Positions 29,967-39,855 of a DNA stretch of 64,000 nucleotides are shown in pieces. Position 1 is the first letter of the stretch, and every line of letters begins with the position of its first letter. This DNA is from a virus. The notes under the pieces are model-generated. The model was given only the letters and a program-made list of their open reading frames with translations. It made no database searches and was not told the origin of the DNA. The translations under genes and the position numbers were made by a program. Location: positions 1 to 64,000 of IMG/VR virus record IMGVR_UViG_3300023116_008583. One strand, written 5' to 3'.

Positions 29967-30928
29967 TGATTACAGGTGAAGAAGGATTTATCGCAAAGAA
30001 TCTACCTGCCTCTTTTGATGCTCTTGGGCACGAGTTTGTTCCGTTTTTGAACAACAAGAATTTGGTGTGCCTTGATACGGGCGAACCTTGTGTGTATAGA
30101 AACACAGAAGATGACTGGGCTAGAGAGTTATCTGCCAACGAAATTGATTTAGTAGTGCACAATGCTGCGGTTGTGGGAACTGATGTTGTTGCCCTTAACA
30201 GTTCTGAGTCTACGCAATCTAATGTGACAGGAACATACAATATTTGTAGAGCTGCAAAAAAATTGAATATTCCAGTTTGCTATATCGGAACTACAGTGAT
30301 TTACGATACAGCTGCATATCAAAGAAACGTCATTCACGAAACGTCAGCGAGATTTCCAAGAACTCTTTATGGAATTCAAAAAAGAGCATCTGAAGATATC
30401 GTGATGTCAGTTTGCAAGGACTATAATATCGTGAGGCCTCTGTTTGCTTACGGAGGTGTCGGCGACATGAACAGCCTAATATCGAAGACTTTTTATGCTG
30501 CTACTAAGGGTGTAGAACAAATAGATATGTTTCTTGACCCAGCTAAAGTCAAGGATTACATGCATGTTGAAGATTTCTGCGATGGAGTTGCACTAGCGTG
30601 TCACAACCAGGCATGGGGCACTAGTTTTAATATCGCTGCAGAAAACCCCTATGATACTCGAGAAATCGTAAGGGTGATGGAAAGAGTTTCAAAATTAGAT
30701 TTGATGCATAAGATAAAATGGCATCCCGAAACTGACTATCTTGGGAATCACAGACTGTCTTCAGAAAAGTTTAAGTTAGCGTTTAACTGGAAACCTAAGT
30801 ATACCCTCAAGTCAGGAATTCAAGCAGCTTGGAATTCAATCTCAGCTTCTGAAGATACAAGCTATGATCCTCTTAAATACCTGAACGAAGCAAAAGAAAA
30901 AGGTGTAGATCTAACTCAATTTTACTAG
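29957..30928 (+). CDS. NAD-dependent epimerase/dehydratase (extended SDR)
   Basis: ITGEEGFIA, HNAA, YGIQK (YxxxK), KDYMHVED, FNIA. Confidence 0.85.
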   Translation: MRVMITGEEGFIAKNLPASFDALGHEFVPFLNNKNLVCLDTGEPCVYRNTEDDWARELSANEIDLVVHNAAVVGTDVVALNSSESTQSNVTGTYNICRAAKKLNIPVCYIGTTVIYDTAAYQRNVIHETSARFPRTLYGIQKRASEDIVMSVCKDYNIVRPLFAYGGVGDMNSLISKTFYAATKGVEQIDMFLDPAKVKDYMHVEDFCDGVALACHNQAWGTSFNIAAENPYDTREIVRVMERVSKLDLMHKIKWHPETDYLGNHRLSSEKFKLAFNWKPKYTLKSGIQAAWNSISASEDTSYDPLKYLNEAKEKGVDLTQFY

Positions 30929-30940
30929 AGTAGAAATAAA

Positions 30941-32101
30941 TTGTCAAAAGAGCTTCCCGATAATGTAATTCCTTTTCCTTTGGAAAAAGTAAATCCTCCA
31001 AAAAAGGAAATGTTTTATCATGACATCATTAAGACAAAAACTGCGTCGGAAATGTCTGATGAAGAGCTAGTTTTTTGTCTTCTCAACACTCCAATTTCTT
31101 CTCTTGGCGACGCATACGATGAAAAATTTTGGTCTAGAAGAATTTCCTTGCTGATCAAAGTAGGTGTTTCGCTAGATCACCCAGATATCGTTGATGTTTT
31201 TGATAACGTAGAGCCTGAAGATGAAGTTCAAGCAGAAAAGCATCGCTTTGATATCTGTGTTTCTAGAGGGAATAAAATAGTAACGATCTGTGAGCTCAAA
31301 TGTCTCTCAGAAATCTCTGAAAACCAGCTTGAAAAATATAGCAAAAAGCTTGAGACCAGGAAGTCCAGTTCAGCCCCTAGATATTTGATCTCTTTGTTTG
31401 ACCCGAACTATGATCAAGTACCTAATCAATGGAAAGATATATCACTCTGTTATTTTGCAGAAGCGTTTAGAGAGATCTCGGAAGTCTTAGTTCGAAATCC
31501 TGCTATCGCGAATGACTTTTTAAACTGTCATGATTTTTTAATTCTTGTTGATGAGCTTGCATATAGATTTGACACAGACATGGATCCTTTTGACAACGAC
31601 TCTGCAGATTTGACCAGAATGAAAGACATAGCGCTTAGGACTGACTTTTTTAAGCCCTTAGACAGGATCGTCCAGCAAGTATGCGCATCTGCAGCTTGCA
31701 AACTGCTTGATAAAAACAACCAAGATTTCTTTCTCCAAACAGGAAATACTCGGGGTAACAATTACTTCAATATCTTTACAAACGTGGAGGGAGTTGAAGT
31801 GGGAGTGCAGTTTCAAAATGGTGCATTAAAACTGTATAGAAACAGTCAAAAAGATACCCCAGAATTAAATGAAGTCCTGAGCAGAATTGCAAATTTCATA
31901 TCGAAGTCAGAAAGATCATTCTCGTCAGATAAAGGTAAAGGTTTTAGATCTATCCGGCTAAACGATCTAAAGAACAAGTGTGATGCCTGGACAGTCAATG
32001 GGAAAAAGCAGATAATAAAAACTTGCTTTGAAGGAATTGTTTTACTCAATTCTATCACATGTAAAAACAAGATCTTTAAGGTAGAATCATTACATGATTA
32101 A
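30941..32101 (+). CDS. PD-(D/E)XK nuclease-family protein
   Basis: E..RFDICV..ICELK..ENQLEKY..W..IS. Confidence 0.65.
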   Translation: MSKELPDNVIPFPLEKVNPPKKEMFYHDIIKTKTASEMSDEELVFCLLNTPISSLGDAYDEKFWSRRISLLIKVGVSLDHPDIVDVFDNVEPEDEVQAEKHRFDICVSRGNKIVTICELKCLSEISENQLEKYSKKLETRKSSSAPRYLISLFDPNYDQVPNQWKDISLCYFAEAFREISEVLVRNPAIANDFLNCHDFLILVDELAYRFDTDMDPFDNDSADLTRMKDIALRTDFFKPLDRIVQQVCASAACKLLDKNNQDFFLQTGNTRGNNYFNIFTNVEGVEVGVQFQNGALKLYRNSQKDTPELNEVLSRIANFISKSERSFSSDKGKGFRSIRLNDLKNKCDAWTVNGKKQIIKTCFEGIVLLNSITCKNKIFKVESLHD

Positions 32102-33734
32102 AACAGAAGACTGGATCGATTACTTTCCTCACGAAAAACCCAGGCCTGTGCAAGAAGATGCCATCAACAGGATCTTGAATTCGTTTTTATCCTCTGATAA
32201 AAAGTTTTTCATAGCTGAAATGGGTACGGGCTGCGGAAAGTCGGCAATTGGCGTCACAGTTGCTAGATATCTTAACTATGTTGTCAACGAAGACATTGAA
32301 GGATTTGGAAGAGGAGCGTATTTTGTTACTACCCAAAAGATTCTCCAGGACCAGTACGTAAAAGATTTCGGGGGCTATGGCCCTATGAGAAGCATAAAAT
32401 CTGCGTCAAATTACCAGTGCGTCTTTCACAAGAACAATAGTTGTGCAGAATCTCAGGCGATGCTAAGGTCTGTTGAGAAAGATACACCTTTCTTTAAGAC
32501 CTGCTCAGGACACTGCACTTATAGGAAAAATAAAGATGACTTCTTGAAGTCCCCAGAGTCAGTCGTTAACTTTCCGTATTTTTTAACTGAAGCAACTTAT
32601 AATGGAAAAATTACTCCTCGAAATTTTCTTGTACTTGATGAGTCTCATAATGCTGAGCAGGAGCTCTCAAGATTTATTGAGATTGCAATTTCTGAGAGAT
32701 TTGTAAAAAGCACTCTAAAGATGAACTGGCTGGGAGAAAAGAGTCAGCTTAACTCTTTCTTGTGGGTTAGAGATAAATACTTTCCAAAAGTCAAAGATCG
32801 CTTAAGTCACGTTGAAGGAATACTTAAAAAGTTTGAAGGGCTTAAAGAGAAGCTTGAAGAATTTGCTGGTTTTGCCAGACAACATGATATGCTAAAATCT
32901 CATGTTGATAGACTGACTACTTTTATTAGACACTACGATAAAGAGAACTGGGTCTGTGAATATGACTCAGGGTATGGTCGAAAGCTAGCAAAGGTTGTGT
33001 TCAAGCCTGTAGATGTGTCAGATTTTGCCAAGGACTATTTGCTTAGGCTTGGGCACAGAACTCTTTTGATGTCTGCTACTATCGTCAATCACAAGTCTTT
33101 TTGTAGGTCTTTGGGAATCTCCTTGAGTGAAACTGAGTTTATCTCAACTCCTTCTCCTTTTCCCAAAGAAGGCCGGCCAATAGTTGAGCTTCTCGTTGGC
33201 AAGATGAATGCTAAAGAGATAGACAATACCCTTCCGGTGCTAGCACAAACCGTAGAAGAGATCTTGAAAATGCATCCTGATGAAAAGGGTATCATTCACT
33301 GCCACACTTTTAAGATTGCAAAATATCTTTGGGAAAATGTAGGTGAAGGAAATGATAGGCTCCTTTTGCACGATACAGACACGAGAGATGAAGTTCTTCA
33401 GCAGCACATGAGAGCAGAAGAACCCACAGTCCTACTCAGTCCTTCAATGCAGGAAGGTGTAGATCTTAGGGGTGATTATTCGAGATTCCAGATTATTTGT
33501 AAAGTACCTTTTCCGTATCTCGGAGACAAGGTGGTAAAAAAGCGGATGTCCAAGTGGCCTGAGTGGTATTCGACTCAGACAGCAAAAACTGTGATACAGG
33601 CAGTGGGACGCAGTGTAAGATCTGAGGACGATCATGCAGTTACATATATCTTAGACGAAGGCTGGCGATACTTTTACAATCGTCACAAGGAATACTTCCC
33701 GCAAGACTTCAGAGAGTGTTTGCAAAGGTACTAA
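32094..33734 (+). CDS. DinG/XPD-family SF2 helicase
   Basis: RPVQ, MGTGCGKS, Cys cluster, LDESH, MSAT, SPF, EGVDL, KVPFP, QAVGRSVR. Confidence 0.9.
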   Translation: MIKTEDWIDYFPHEKPRPVQEDAINRILNSFLSSDKKFFIAEMGTGCGKSAIGVTVARYLNYVVNEDIEGFGRGAYFVTTQKILQDQYVKDFGGYGPMRSIKSASNYQCVFHKNNSCAESQAMLRSVEKDTPFFKTCSGHCTYRKNKDDFLKSPESVVNFPYFLTEATYNGKITPRNFLVLDESHNAEQELSRFIEIAISERFVKSTLKMNWLGEKSQLNSFLWVRDKYFPKVKDRLSHVEGILKKFEGLKEKLEEFAGFARQHDMLKSHVDRLTTFIRHYDKENWVCEYDSGYGRKLAKVVFKPVDVSDFAKDYLLRLGHRTLLMSATIVNHKSFCRSLGISLSETEFISTPSPFPKEGRPIVELLVGKMNAKEIDNTLPVLAQTVEEILKMHPDEKGIIHCHTFKIAKYLWENVGEGNDRLLLHDTDTRDEVLQQHMRAEEPTVLLSPSMQEGVDLRGDYSRFQIICKVPFPYLGDKVVKKRMSKWPEWYSTQTAKTVIQAVGRSVRSEDDHAVTYILDEGWRYFYNRHKEYFPQDFRECLQRY

Positions 33735-33737
33735 TCA

Positions 33738-34055
33738 ATGGATCAGGCTGAATGCAATAGACAGAAACTAGTCAGCATAAGCCTCGGGGATCTAATCAAG
33801 CTTGAACCTAAGAAAGTTAGAGTAGATAGAATATCAAAGCCCTGTCTTTGGAAGCCGATAAAGGTTGTTACCTGGAACGAAGATCTAAGCTTTTTTTATA
33901 GCGGCTTATACACAGAGATCACGTCAGGAATAGTAGTTAAGAAGCACATGTACACTATGTGGCACGGAAAGCTGTTCCAAGGCGTGGAGATAATGACGTC
34001 TGAAGGATCTGCGATGCTTAACATCAATGATTTTAAAAACGTAAAAATTGTCTAA
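33738..34055 (+). CDS. Hypothetical protein
   Basis: Tightly packed ORF. Confidence 0.45.
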   Translation: MDQAECNRQKLVSISLGDLIKLEPKKVRVDRISKPCLWKPIKVVTWNEDLSFFYSGLYTEITSGIVVKKHMYTMWHGKLFQGVEIMTSEGSAMLNINDFKNVKIV

Positions 34056-34401
34056 AAAGCTCGCTGTTTTTGGTAGGCTTTTTTATTTTAAAAAGAAGCC
34101 AATATTTACAATTGATATGCTTCCATCCTTTCCCTACTTCGATTTTGACGTGTTCAAAAAAACCTCCTATAGGGACTTGTATTTCGGCAATATTATCAAA
34201 AATGTTCAGAAAGAGAGTCTTAAAGATCCAGGATTCATGAACCCAAGAGTCAAGAATCTTTTGCAAGACATAGACGCAGTCAGCGCCGAACTAGAATCCT
34301 ACGCTTTGCAAAATCCACTTGCAGCACCACCGCCTGAGACCAAGAAGAAGGTAGATGAAATATACGCAACAGCAAAGCGCTTAAGAGTTTATCCTGATTA
34401 A
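34048..34401 (+). CDS. Hypothetical protein
   Basis: Tightly packed ORF. Confidence 0.45.
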   Translation: MSKKLAVFGRLFYFKKKPIFTIDMLPSFPYFDFDVFKKTSYRDLYFGNIIKNVQKESLKDPGFMNPRVKNLLQDIDAVSAELESYALQNPLAAPPPETKKKVDEIYATAKRLRVYPD

Positions 34402-34418
34402 GACATACTTATTCACGT

Positions 34419-35225
34419 ATGATTACTTTTATTTTAATACTTCTTGTACTTATTGGGATTCATGAGCTTGGCCATCTGGTTGCCGGGCATCTGCTTAAAG
34501 TGCAGCCTAAAGTTTTCTCTATCGGGTTCGGTCCTGCGCTTCTAAAATGGAAGTGGAAGGGCACGATTTGGAAACTCAGCCTGTTCCCCTTGGGCGGATA
34601 CGTTAGGTTTAAAGGTGATCAAGATTTAGATTCAACAGACCCGACTACTTTTTGGGGATGTGCTCCGTGGCGCAGAGCTGCAATCGCTTTCGCAGGCCCA
34701 GCAGTCAATCTGATCTTTCCGTTCTTTCTGTACTTTTTCTACGCGTGGGGTCATGAGGTCCCTCGAGGTCCAAATGATATTCCTCCTCCGCCCGGAGCGC
34801 AAGTCGCAACGATAGATGCTCCTTGGGCTGCTAATATCTCGTGGAGAATCACGACAAACATGTACGGCGCAATGCACGAGGGTGTGAAAGAGATGGTAAC
34901 AAAGGCACCCACACAAGACACCTTGGGTGGCCCAGTGATGATCTACGAGATGTCAAAGGCGGCAGAAGAAACGACTGTAAAACAAAAAGATATGGGACAC
35001 GTGATCGATCTTTTAGCAATGCTTAGTATCAATCTCGGTTTCTTAAATTTACTTCCTATACCCGCGCTTGATGGAAGCCACATCGTGCTATCTGGTGTAG
35101 AAACTGTGACCAGAAAAAAGATATCATATAAAACTCGCATGAGACTTACAATGGTGGGCGTTGTTATGCTGCTCTCAATCATGGCCTTCGCGATCTACTC
35201 AGATATCGCTAGATACTTTCTGTAG
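34419..35225 (+). CDS. Site-2 (M50, RseP-like) intramembrane metalloprotease lacking PDZ domains
   Basis: IHELGH, FSIGFGP, PLGGYV, AGPAVN, GGPV.I, NLLPIPALDG. Confidence 0.92.
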   Translation: MITFILILLVLIGIHELGHLVAGHLLKVQPKVFSIGFGPALLKWKWKGTIWKLSLFPLGGYVRFKGDQDLDSTDPTTFWGCAPWRRAAIAFAGPAVNLIFPFFLYFFYAWGHEVPRGPNDIPPPPGAQVATIDAPWAANISWRITTNMYGAMHEGVKEMVTKAPTQDTLGGPVMIYEMSKAAEETTVKQKDMGHVIDLLAMLSINLGFLNLLPIPALDGSHIVLSGVETVTRKKISYKTRMRLTMVGVVMLLSIMAFAIYSDIARYFL

Positions 35226-35231
35226 ACTGTC

Positions 35232-35645
35232 GTGAGAAATCTTTTAATAATAGTAGCTTCTTTCGCCCTGATAAGCCTAGGTTGGTTTGCACCGTCCAAC
35301 CCTTCTGCTAAGCTTGTTGTTCAAGGGCATGATCACACTTGGGTTGGAAGCTACGCCAAGGTTAGTTTGAAAATTATACCTCCAAAAAGTCTCCAACTTA
35401 AGGAAGACGCGCCACTAAGATTAAAAATTGCTGTGACGCCTAATCTAACAACTTCTCCGGATATATTGCGCGCAAAACAAGAAAATTTTGTACAGGGAGT
35501 CGCGATGTTCAACTTCCTTGTCAGAGGTGCAAAACCAGGTCTTGGCAAGGTAACAGTTGATGTCTCATACTTTCTGTGCTCAGACACAATCTGCAAGAGA
35601 TACACTGACACAATCAGCCATCCGGTTTACGTCAAAAAAGACTAA
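35232..35645 (+). CDS. Exported beta-sandwich protein (DsbD-N-like, C-X4-C)
   Basis: Signal peptide; APLRL; YFLCSDTICKR. Confidence 0.5.
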   Translation: MRNLLIIVASFALISLGWFAPSNPSAKLVVQGHDHTWVGSYAKVSLKIIPPKSLQLKEDAPLRLKIAVTPNLTTSPDILRAKQENFVQGVAMFNFLVRGAKPGLGKVTVDVSYFLCSDTICKRYTDTISHPVYVKKD

Positions 35646-35695
35646 TTTTTAAAATTTGGCTTCATGGAAACCCGTCCTTTGAGGCAGGCTTTCTT

Positions 35696-35724
35696 GTGTA
35701 AATCTCATTTCTTCTGCGTATAAT
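35696..35724 (+). promoter_or_regulatory. Sigma70-like promoter GTGTAA-N17-TATAAT
   Basis: Upstream of the AGGAG RBS and dnaE. Confidence 0.65.
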
Positions 35725-35741
35725 AACTGCAGGAGAAACAA

Positions 35742-38700
35742 GTGTCATTTAAGAATTTCAAAGTACCAAACCGATTCGTAGGCTTACACGGTCATTCAGG
35801 ATTCTCAACATACGATGGTTTAGGTTATCCAGCCGATCATATTGATTTTGTTCTTGAGAATCAAATGGACGCCTGGGGTCTCACAGATCACGGTCACGGA
35901 TCAGGTTTGGCTCACGCTCATAAGCACTTTGAGAAGATGAAAAAATCAGGTAGAAAATATCGACAAGTTTATGGTGTCGAGTTTTATTTTGTCGAAGATT
36001 TAGACGAGTGGAAGCGCCAATACGAGAACCACAAAGCTCGCATTAAAGCAGAGCGAGATGCAAAAAAAATCGAAGCCCTTGCTACCACAGACGTTAATGT
36101 TGACAATGAAGACGAACTTATGTCTGAAGGTCATACTATTGAGAACGAGGATGAGTCTAAGCAGGGTTCAAAGGGCAAGCCAGAATGGATGCGTCGATAC
36201 CACTTGGTTGTAACAGCTCGAGACCCAAAAGGATTAGCTAATCTATTCACGCTCGTCAAGCGAGGATATAAGGACGGTTTCTATCGTTTTCCTCGCATCG
36301 ACTTCAAGATGCTCAAGGAGTTTGGAGAAGGTCTCAACGTCTCTACGGCATGTGTAGGCGGAATATTCAGCGGCAGAACTTTTCAAGAGTTTCCTGACCT
36401 AACATTTGATGAGCTCGGCCCCGAATTGCTCGATGATCCAGTCAAGAAAGCACGCCTGATGAAAACACTTGGCAACCTTACTGACAGGTTTGTTGACGCT
36501 GTAGGTGAGGACAACTTCTTCTATGAGTTGCAATTCAACAAGCTTTCAGCTCAACATATGGTCAACAGAGCTTTGATCGAATTGCACGATCAGACTGGAA
36601 TCAACCTTATTACAACTTGTGACTCTCACTATCCCACTCCTAACAAATGGGAAGCTAGAGAGCTTTATAAGAAGCTCGGATGGATGGGTAAGGAGATGAC
36701 TCCTCTTCCTGAGTTTGATGACCTTAAGTGTGAGCTGTATCCCAAGAATGCCTCACAGGTCTGGGATGAGTTTGAGCTCGGCTGGAACAAGTATGATTTC
36801 TATAAAGGGCGTGAGGACATAGTCAAGGATAGTATCGAGAGGACCCACGACCAAGTCTGGGATCGCTATCAAGACATGTGGGTGGATTCAAAGGCTAAGC
36901 TGCCGAATTACGCTGTGCCTCAAAAGAGTCATCCCTGCTATCCTTCTGCTCCTGAAGAGACGCCCTTCCAGCAGTTGGCGCTCAAGGTAAAGAACGCAAT
37001 GATCAGTACGGGTCTTGCTTCTAAGCCTGAGTATGTTGCTCGAGTCAAGGAAGAACTGGACGATATCAAGTTTCTTGGCTTTGAGAATTACTTTTTGACT
37101 ATGCATGACGTGTTCCACCTCGCAGCTGAAAAGACGCTGTTCGGCCCCGCTCGAGGTTCAGGTGGCGGATCCCTTGTCAATTACTTGTTAGGCATTACTC
37201 AGGTTGATCCCATTCCATACGGATTGCTCTGGTCTCGATTCCTCGGCCGCCATCGTACTTCTTGGCCTGATATTGACTCTGATGCTGGCGACCGCGATGC
37301 GCTCATCGACGCAGCTAGAGAGCTTTTTGGTGAAGATGCAGTGATTCCTGTCTCTAACTTCAACACTCTTAAACTCAAGTCCATCGTTAAGGATGTTGCC
37401 AAGTTTTATGATGTTCCATTCCAAGAGGTGAATGCGCTTACAGGACCACTCCAATCTGAGGTTGAGCCTCATGCTCGAGATGCTAACACTGAGAAGTCTG
37501 TGTTCGTCCTCACCCATGAGGATTGCATGAAGTACTCCAAGAAGTACAAGGATTTCATGGAGAAGTACCCTGACGTTGAAAAGCACGTGAGTACACTATT
37601 CATGGAGCAGAGATCTATTGGTCGACACGCAGGTGGTGTCCTAATTGCCGATGAGCGTGAGCTTGAGCAGACAATGCCGTTAATCTCAGTGCGTGGTGAC
37701 TTACAGACTCCTTGGACTGAAGGCATGAACTTCCGTAACCTGGAAGATAACGGCTTTATTAAGTTTGACTTTCTTGGATTGACGCTGATGAAGGATGTGG
37801 AAAACTGCATTCGCAGAATCTTGATCAAGAACGGCAATCCCTCACCAACCTTTTTACAGATCAGAGATTTCTTTGATGAGCATCTTAACTGTCGCTACAT
37901 AGGGCAGGATGACCAAAAGGTTTGGGAAAACACATATCATAATGCATCATTTGCACCCGGCATCTTCCAATTTACTGCTCAAGGTGCCAGAAACTTCTGC
38001 CACCAAGCTAAGCCTCGAAACATTGAGGAGCTTGCTGCAATTACTGCTATTTACCGGCCTGGACCACTCAAGGCAAATGTTCACGTTAAATACGTGGAAG
38101 CCGGAAAAGATATCGAGAATATCCAGTATGCACATCCGATCATCGAGGAGGTCTTAGGGCCAACAAGAGGCTTCATTACTTTCCAAGAACAGTTTATGAC
38201 GCTTGCTGTTAAGCTTGCCGGATTCTCTCCAGGTGAATCAGATAAGATGCGCAAGACTCTTGTGAAGAAGTCTTTGGATACGATCGGTAAAAAAGGCTCT
38301 GAGCGTGACCAGCTTCGCAAGCAGTTCGTTGAAGGTGCAGAAAGGCTCCACGGCCTAGATCCAAAGGATATGAACGATCTCTTTGACAAGATCGAGTTCT
38401 TCTCTCTCTACGGATTTAATAAGTCACATGCTGTTGCTTACGCAATCGACAGCTACTACGCTGCGTGGCTATATACTTATCATCCCAGAGAGTGGATCGC
38501 TACTGTTCTCGAGTCTGAGAATAATTCGCCACAAGGGCTAGCAAAAGCTATTCGAGAATCCAAAGCGTTAGGCTATAAGTTTGCTCCAGCAGATGTAAAC
38601 TATTCAGGAGACGAGTGGACCTATAATAAAGAGTTGCAAGCTCTCATGCCTCCCCTTTCATCAATTAAAGGGCTTGGCGATAAAGCGATGGATGAAATAC

Positions 38701-39671
38701 TTTCTGCTCGTCCATTTAAGAACTTGAATGATCTTTTCTATGACAGTGAAGGTGAGTGGCGGCATTCTAAAGTGAACAAGACTTGCTTTGAAGCGCTATG
38801 TCAGATTGAAGCGCTCTCTTCTCTCGAGGAGTTCAAGGAAGGAAAACTCGATAATCATAGACAGCTCCTTCACATCATCTCAGAAAACTATGAAAAGATC
38901 AGGAAAGGTCGAACAGGAGAAGACAAGCTCCGTGAACGCCTAGTTCGAATCGGCGAGCAAATCAAAGATGAGTTCGACAAGATCTTGCGCGTTTACGAGA
39001 AGACTAAGATGTCCGATTTGCAAGAACAAGCGTATCAACATATCTTTAATTGCAGTATCGTTGACTGGTGCTACAGTGAGCATGCAGCAGATTTAGTCAA
39101 AGACATAGGGCATCCGAACCATAAGCGACAAGCTCAACTCGATAAATGCTTCGAAAGGCTTGCAAACTACTATGCCAGAAGAGATAAACTCGCAGACAGA
39201 ATAGAGTCACTATTCAATATTGACACTTCTATTCTAGGTGTCTCTCACATCAAGGATTGGTCAAGAGATGAAAAGATAGTCTTGTACCAACAAATAACGT
39301 CAGCTATTAATAACGCGCTGGTCTTTCCTGTAGAAGTTATGCGTAGAATTGAGAAAGCTGATGTTAAGTCTATATGTGAAATGGTGGGCGGAGATAAAGG
39401 TGTTGCCTGGGGTTGTGCAACTGAGATCATTAAAAAGAAGACCAAAAACGGCAAGGAATTTTACCGAATCAGAATGATGGACGACCAGAACAGGACAGCA
39501 TGGCTTCGTGTTTGGGGCAAGTTCTTTGATTGGGGTGAAGAGCGAGGTCAAAAGATCTATTATGAACCGCAACCCTTTTCCTACTGGCTTGTGGAAACCG
39601 AAGTAGATCCAAACTGGGGTGCATCTTCAGCCGCCTGGAAAATGAGAAAGATACCGCTTTATGATGATTAA
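35742..39671 (+). CDS. dnaE: DNA polymerase III alpha subunit (family C)
   Basis: PHP HGHS..DG..TDHG, DSHY, RGSGGGS, PDIDSD, GRHAGG, KFDFLGL, FNKSHA, C-terminal OB. Confidence 0.95.
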   Translation: MSFKNFKVPNRFVGLHGHSGFSTYDGLGYPADHIDFVLENQMDAWGLTDHGHGSGLAHAHKHFEKMKKSGRKYRQVYGVEFYFVEDLDEWKRQYENHKARIKAERDAKKIEALATTDVNVDNEDELMSEGHTIENEDESKQGSKGKPEWMRRYHLVVTARDPKGLANLFTLVKRGYKDGFYRFPRIDFKMLKEFGEGLNVSTACVGGIFSGRTFQEFPDLTFDELGPELLDDPVKKARLMKTLGNLTDRFVDAVGEDNFFYELQFNKLSAQHMVNRALIELHDQTGINLITTCDSHYPTPNKWEARELYKKLGWMGKEMTPLPEFDDLKCELYPKNASQVWDEFELGWNKYDFYKGREDIVKDSIERTHDQVWDRYQDMWVDSKAKLPNYAVPQKSHPCYPSAPEETPFQQLALKVKNAMISTGLASKPEYVARVKEELDDIKFLGFENYFLTMHDVFHLAAEKTLFGPARGSGGGSLVNYLLGITQVDPIPYGLLWSRFLGRHRTSWPDIDSDAGDRDALIDAARELFGEDAVIPVSNFNTLKLKSIVKDVAKFYDVPFQEVNALTGPLQSEVEPHARDANTEKSVFVLTHEDCMKYSKKYKDFMEKYPDVEKHVSTLFMEQRSIGRHAGGVLIADERELEQTMPLISVRGDLQTPWTEGMNFRNLEDNGFIKFDFLGLTLMKDVENCIRRILIKNGNPSPTFLQIRDFFDEHLNCRYIGQDDQKVWENTYHNASFAPGIFQFTAQGARNFCHQAKPRNIEELAAITAIYRPGPLKANVHVKYVEAGKDIENIQYAHPIIEEVLGPTRGFITFQEQFMTLAVKLAGFSPGESDKMRKTLVKKSLDTIGKKGSERDQLRKQFVEGAERLHGLDPKDMNDLFDKIEFFSLYGFNKSHAVAYAIDSYYAAWLYTYHPREWIATVLESENNSPQGLAKAIRESKALGYKFAPADVNYSGDEWTYNKELQALMPPLSSIKGLGDKAMDEILSARPFKNLNDLFYDSEGEWRHSKVNKTCFEALCQIEALSSLEEFKEGKLDNHRQLLHIISENYEKIRKGRTGEDKLRERLVRIGEQIKDEFDKILRVYEKTKMSDLQEQAYQHIFNCSIVDWCYSEHAADLVKDIGHPNHKRQAQLDKCFERLANYYARRDKLADRIESLFNIDTSILGVSHIKDWSRDEKIVLYQQITSAINNALVFPVEVMRRIEKADVKSICEMVGGDKGVAWGCATEIIKKKTKNGKEFYRIRMMDDQNRTAWLRVWGKFFDWGEERGQKIYYEPQPFSYWLVETEVDPNWGASSAAWKMRKIPLYDD

Positions 39672-39855
39672 GCCAGGTGAACTAGTTCGAATAACAAAAA
39701 CCGCTGTACAAGATAGTAGGTTTTTGAACAAGGTTGGAGTGTTAATACGTGACGACGGAGTGGATGATTGTGGAATTCCAGAAGTATTCATTCTTGTTGA
39801 AAGTGATATAATATGCGTATATCCTGATGGATATGAGATTGTGGAGAAAAATTGA
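39661..39855 (+). CDS. Small SH3/KOW-like hypothetical protein
   Basis: IKPGELVRI..VGVLI. Confidence 0.45.
   Translation: MMIKPGELVRITKTAVQDSRFLNKVGVLIRDDGVDDCGIPEVFILVESDIICVYPDGYEIVEKN

Noticed and set aside
35667-35693. Imperfect hairpin upstream of the dnaE promoter
   Set aside because: Only about 9 of 12 positions pair; could be a weak terminator but is not supportable as an ncRNA or riboswitch
12237-39671. Inteins or introns in RecA, helicase, RNR or DnaE
   Set aside because: Lengths are near normal, with no C/S...HN splice motifs or homing endonuclease motifs
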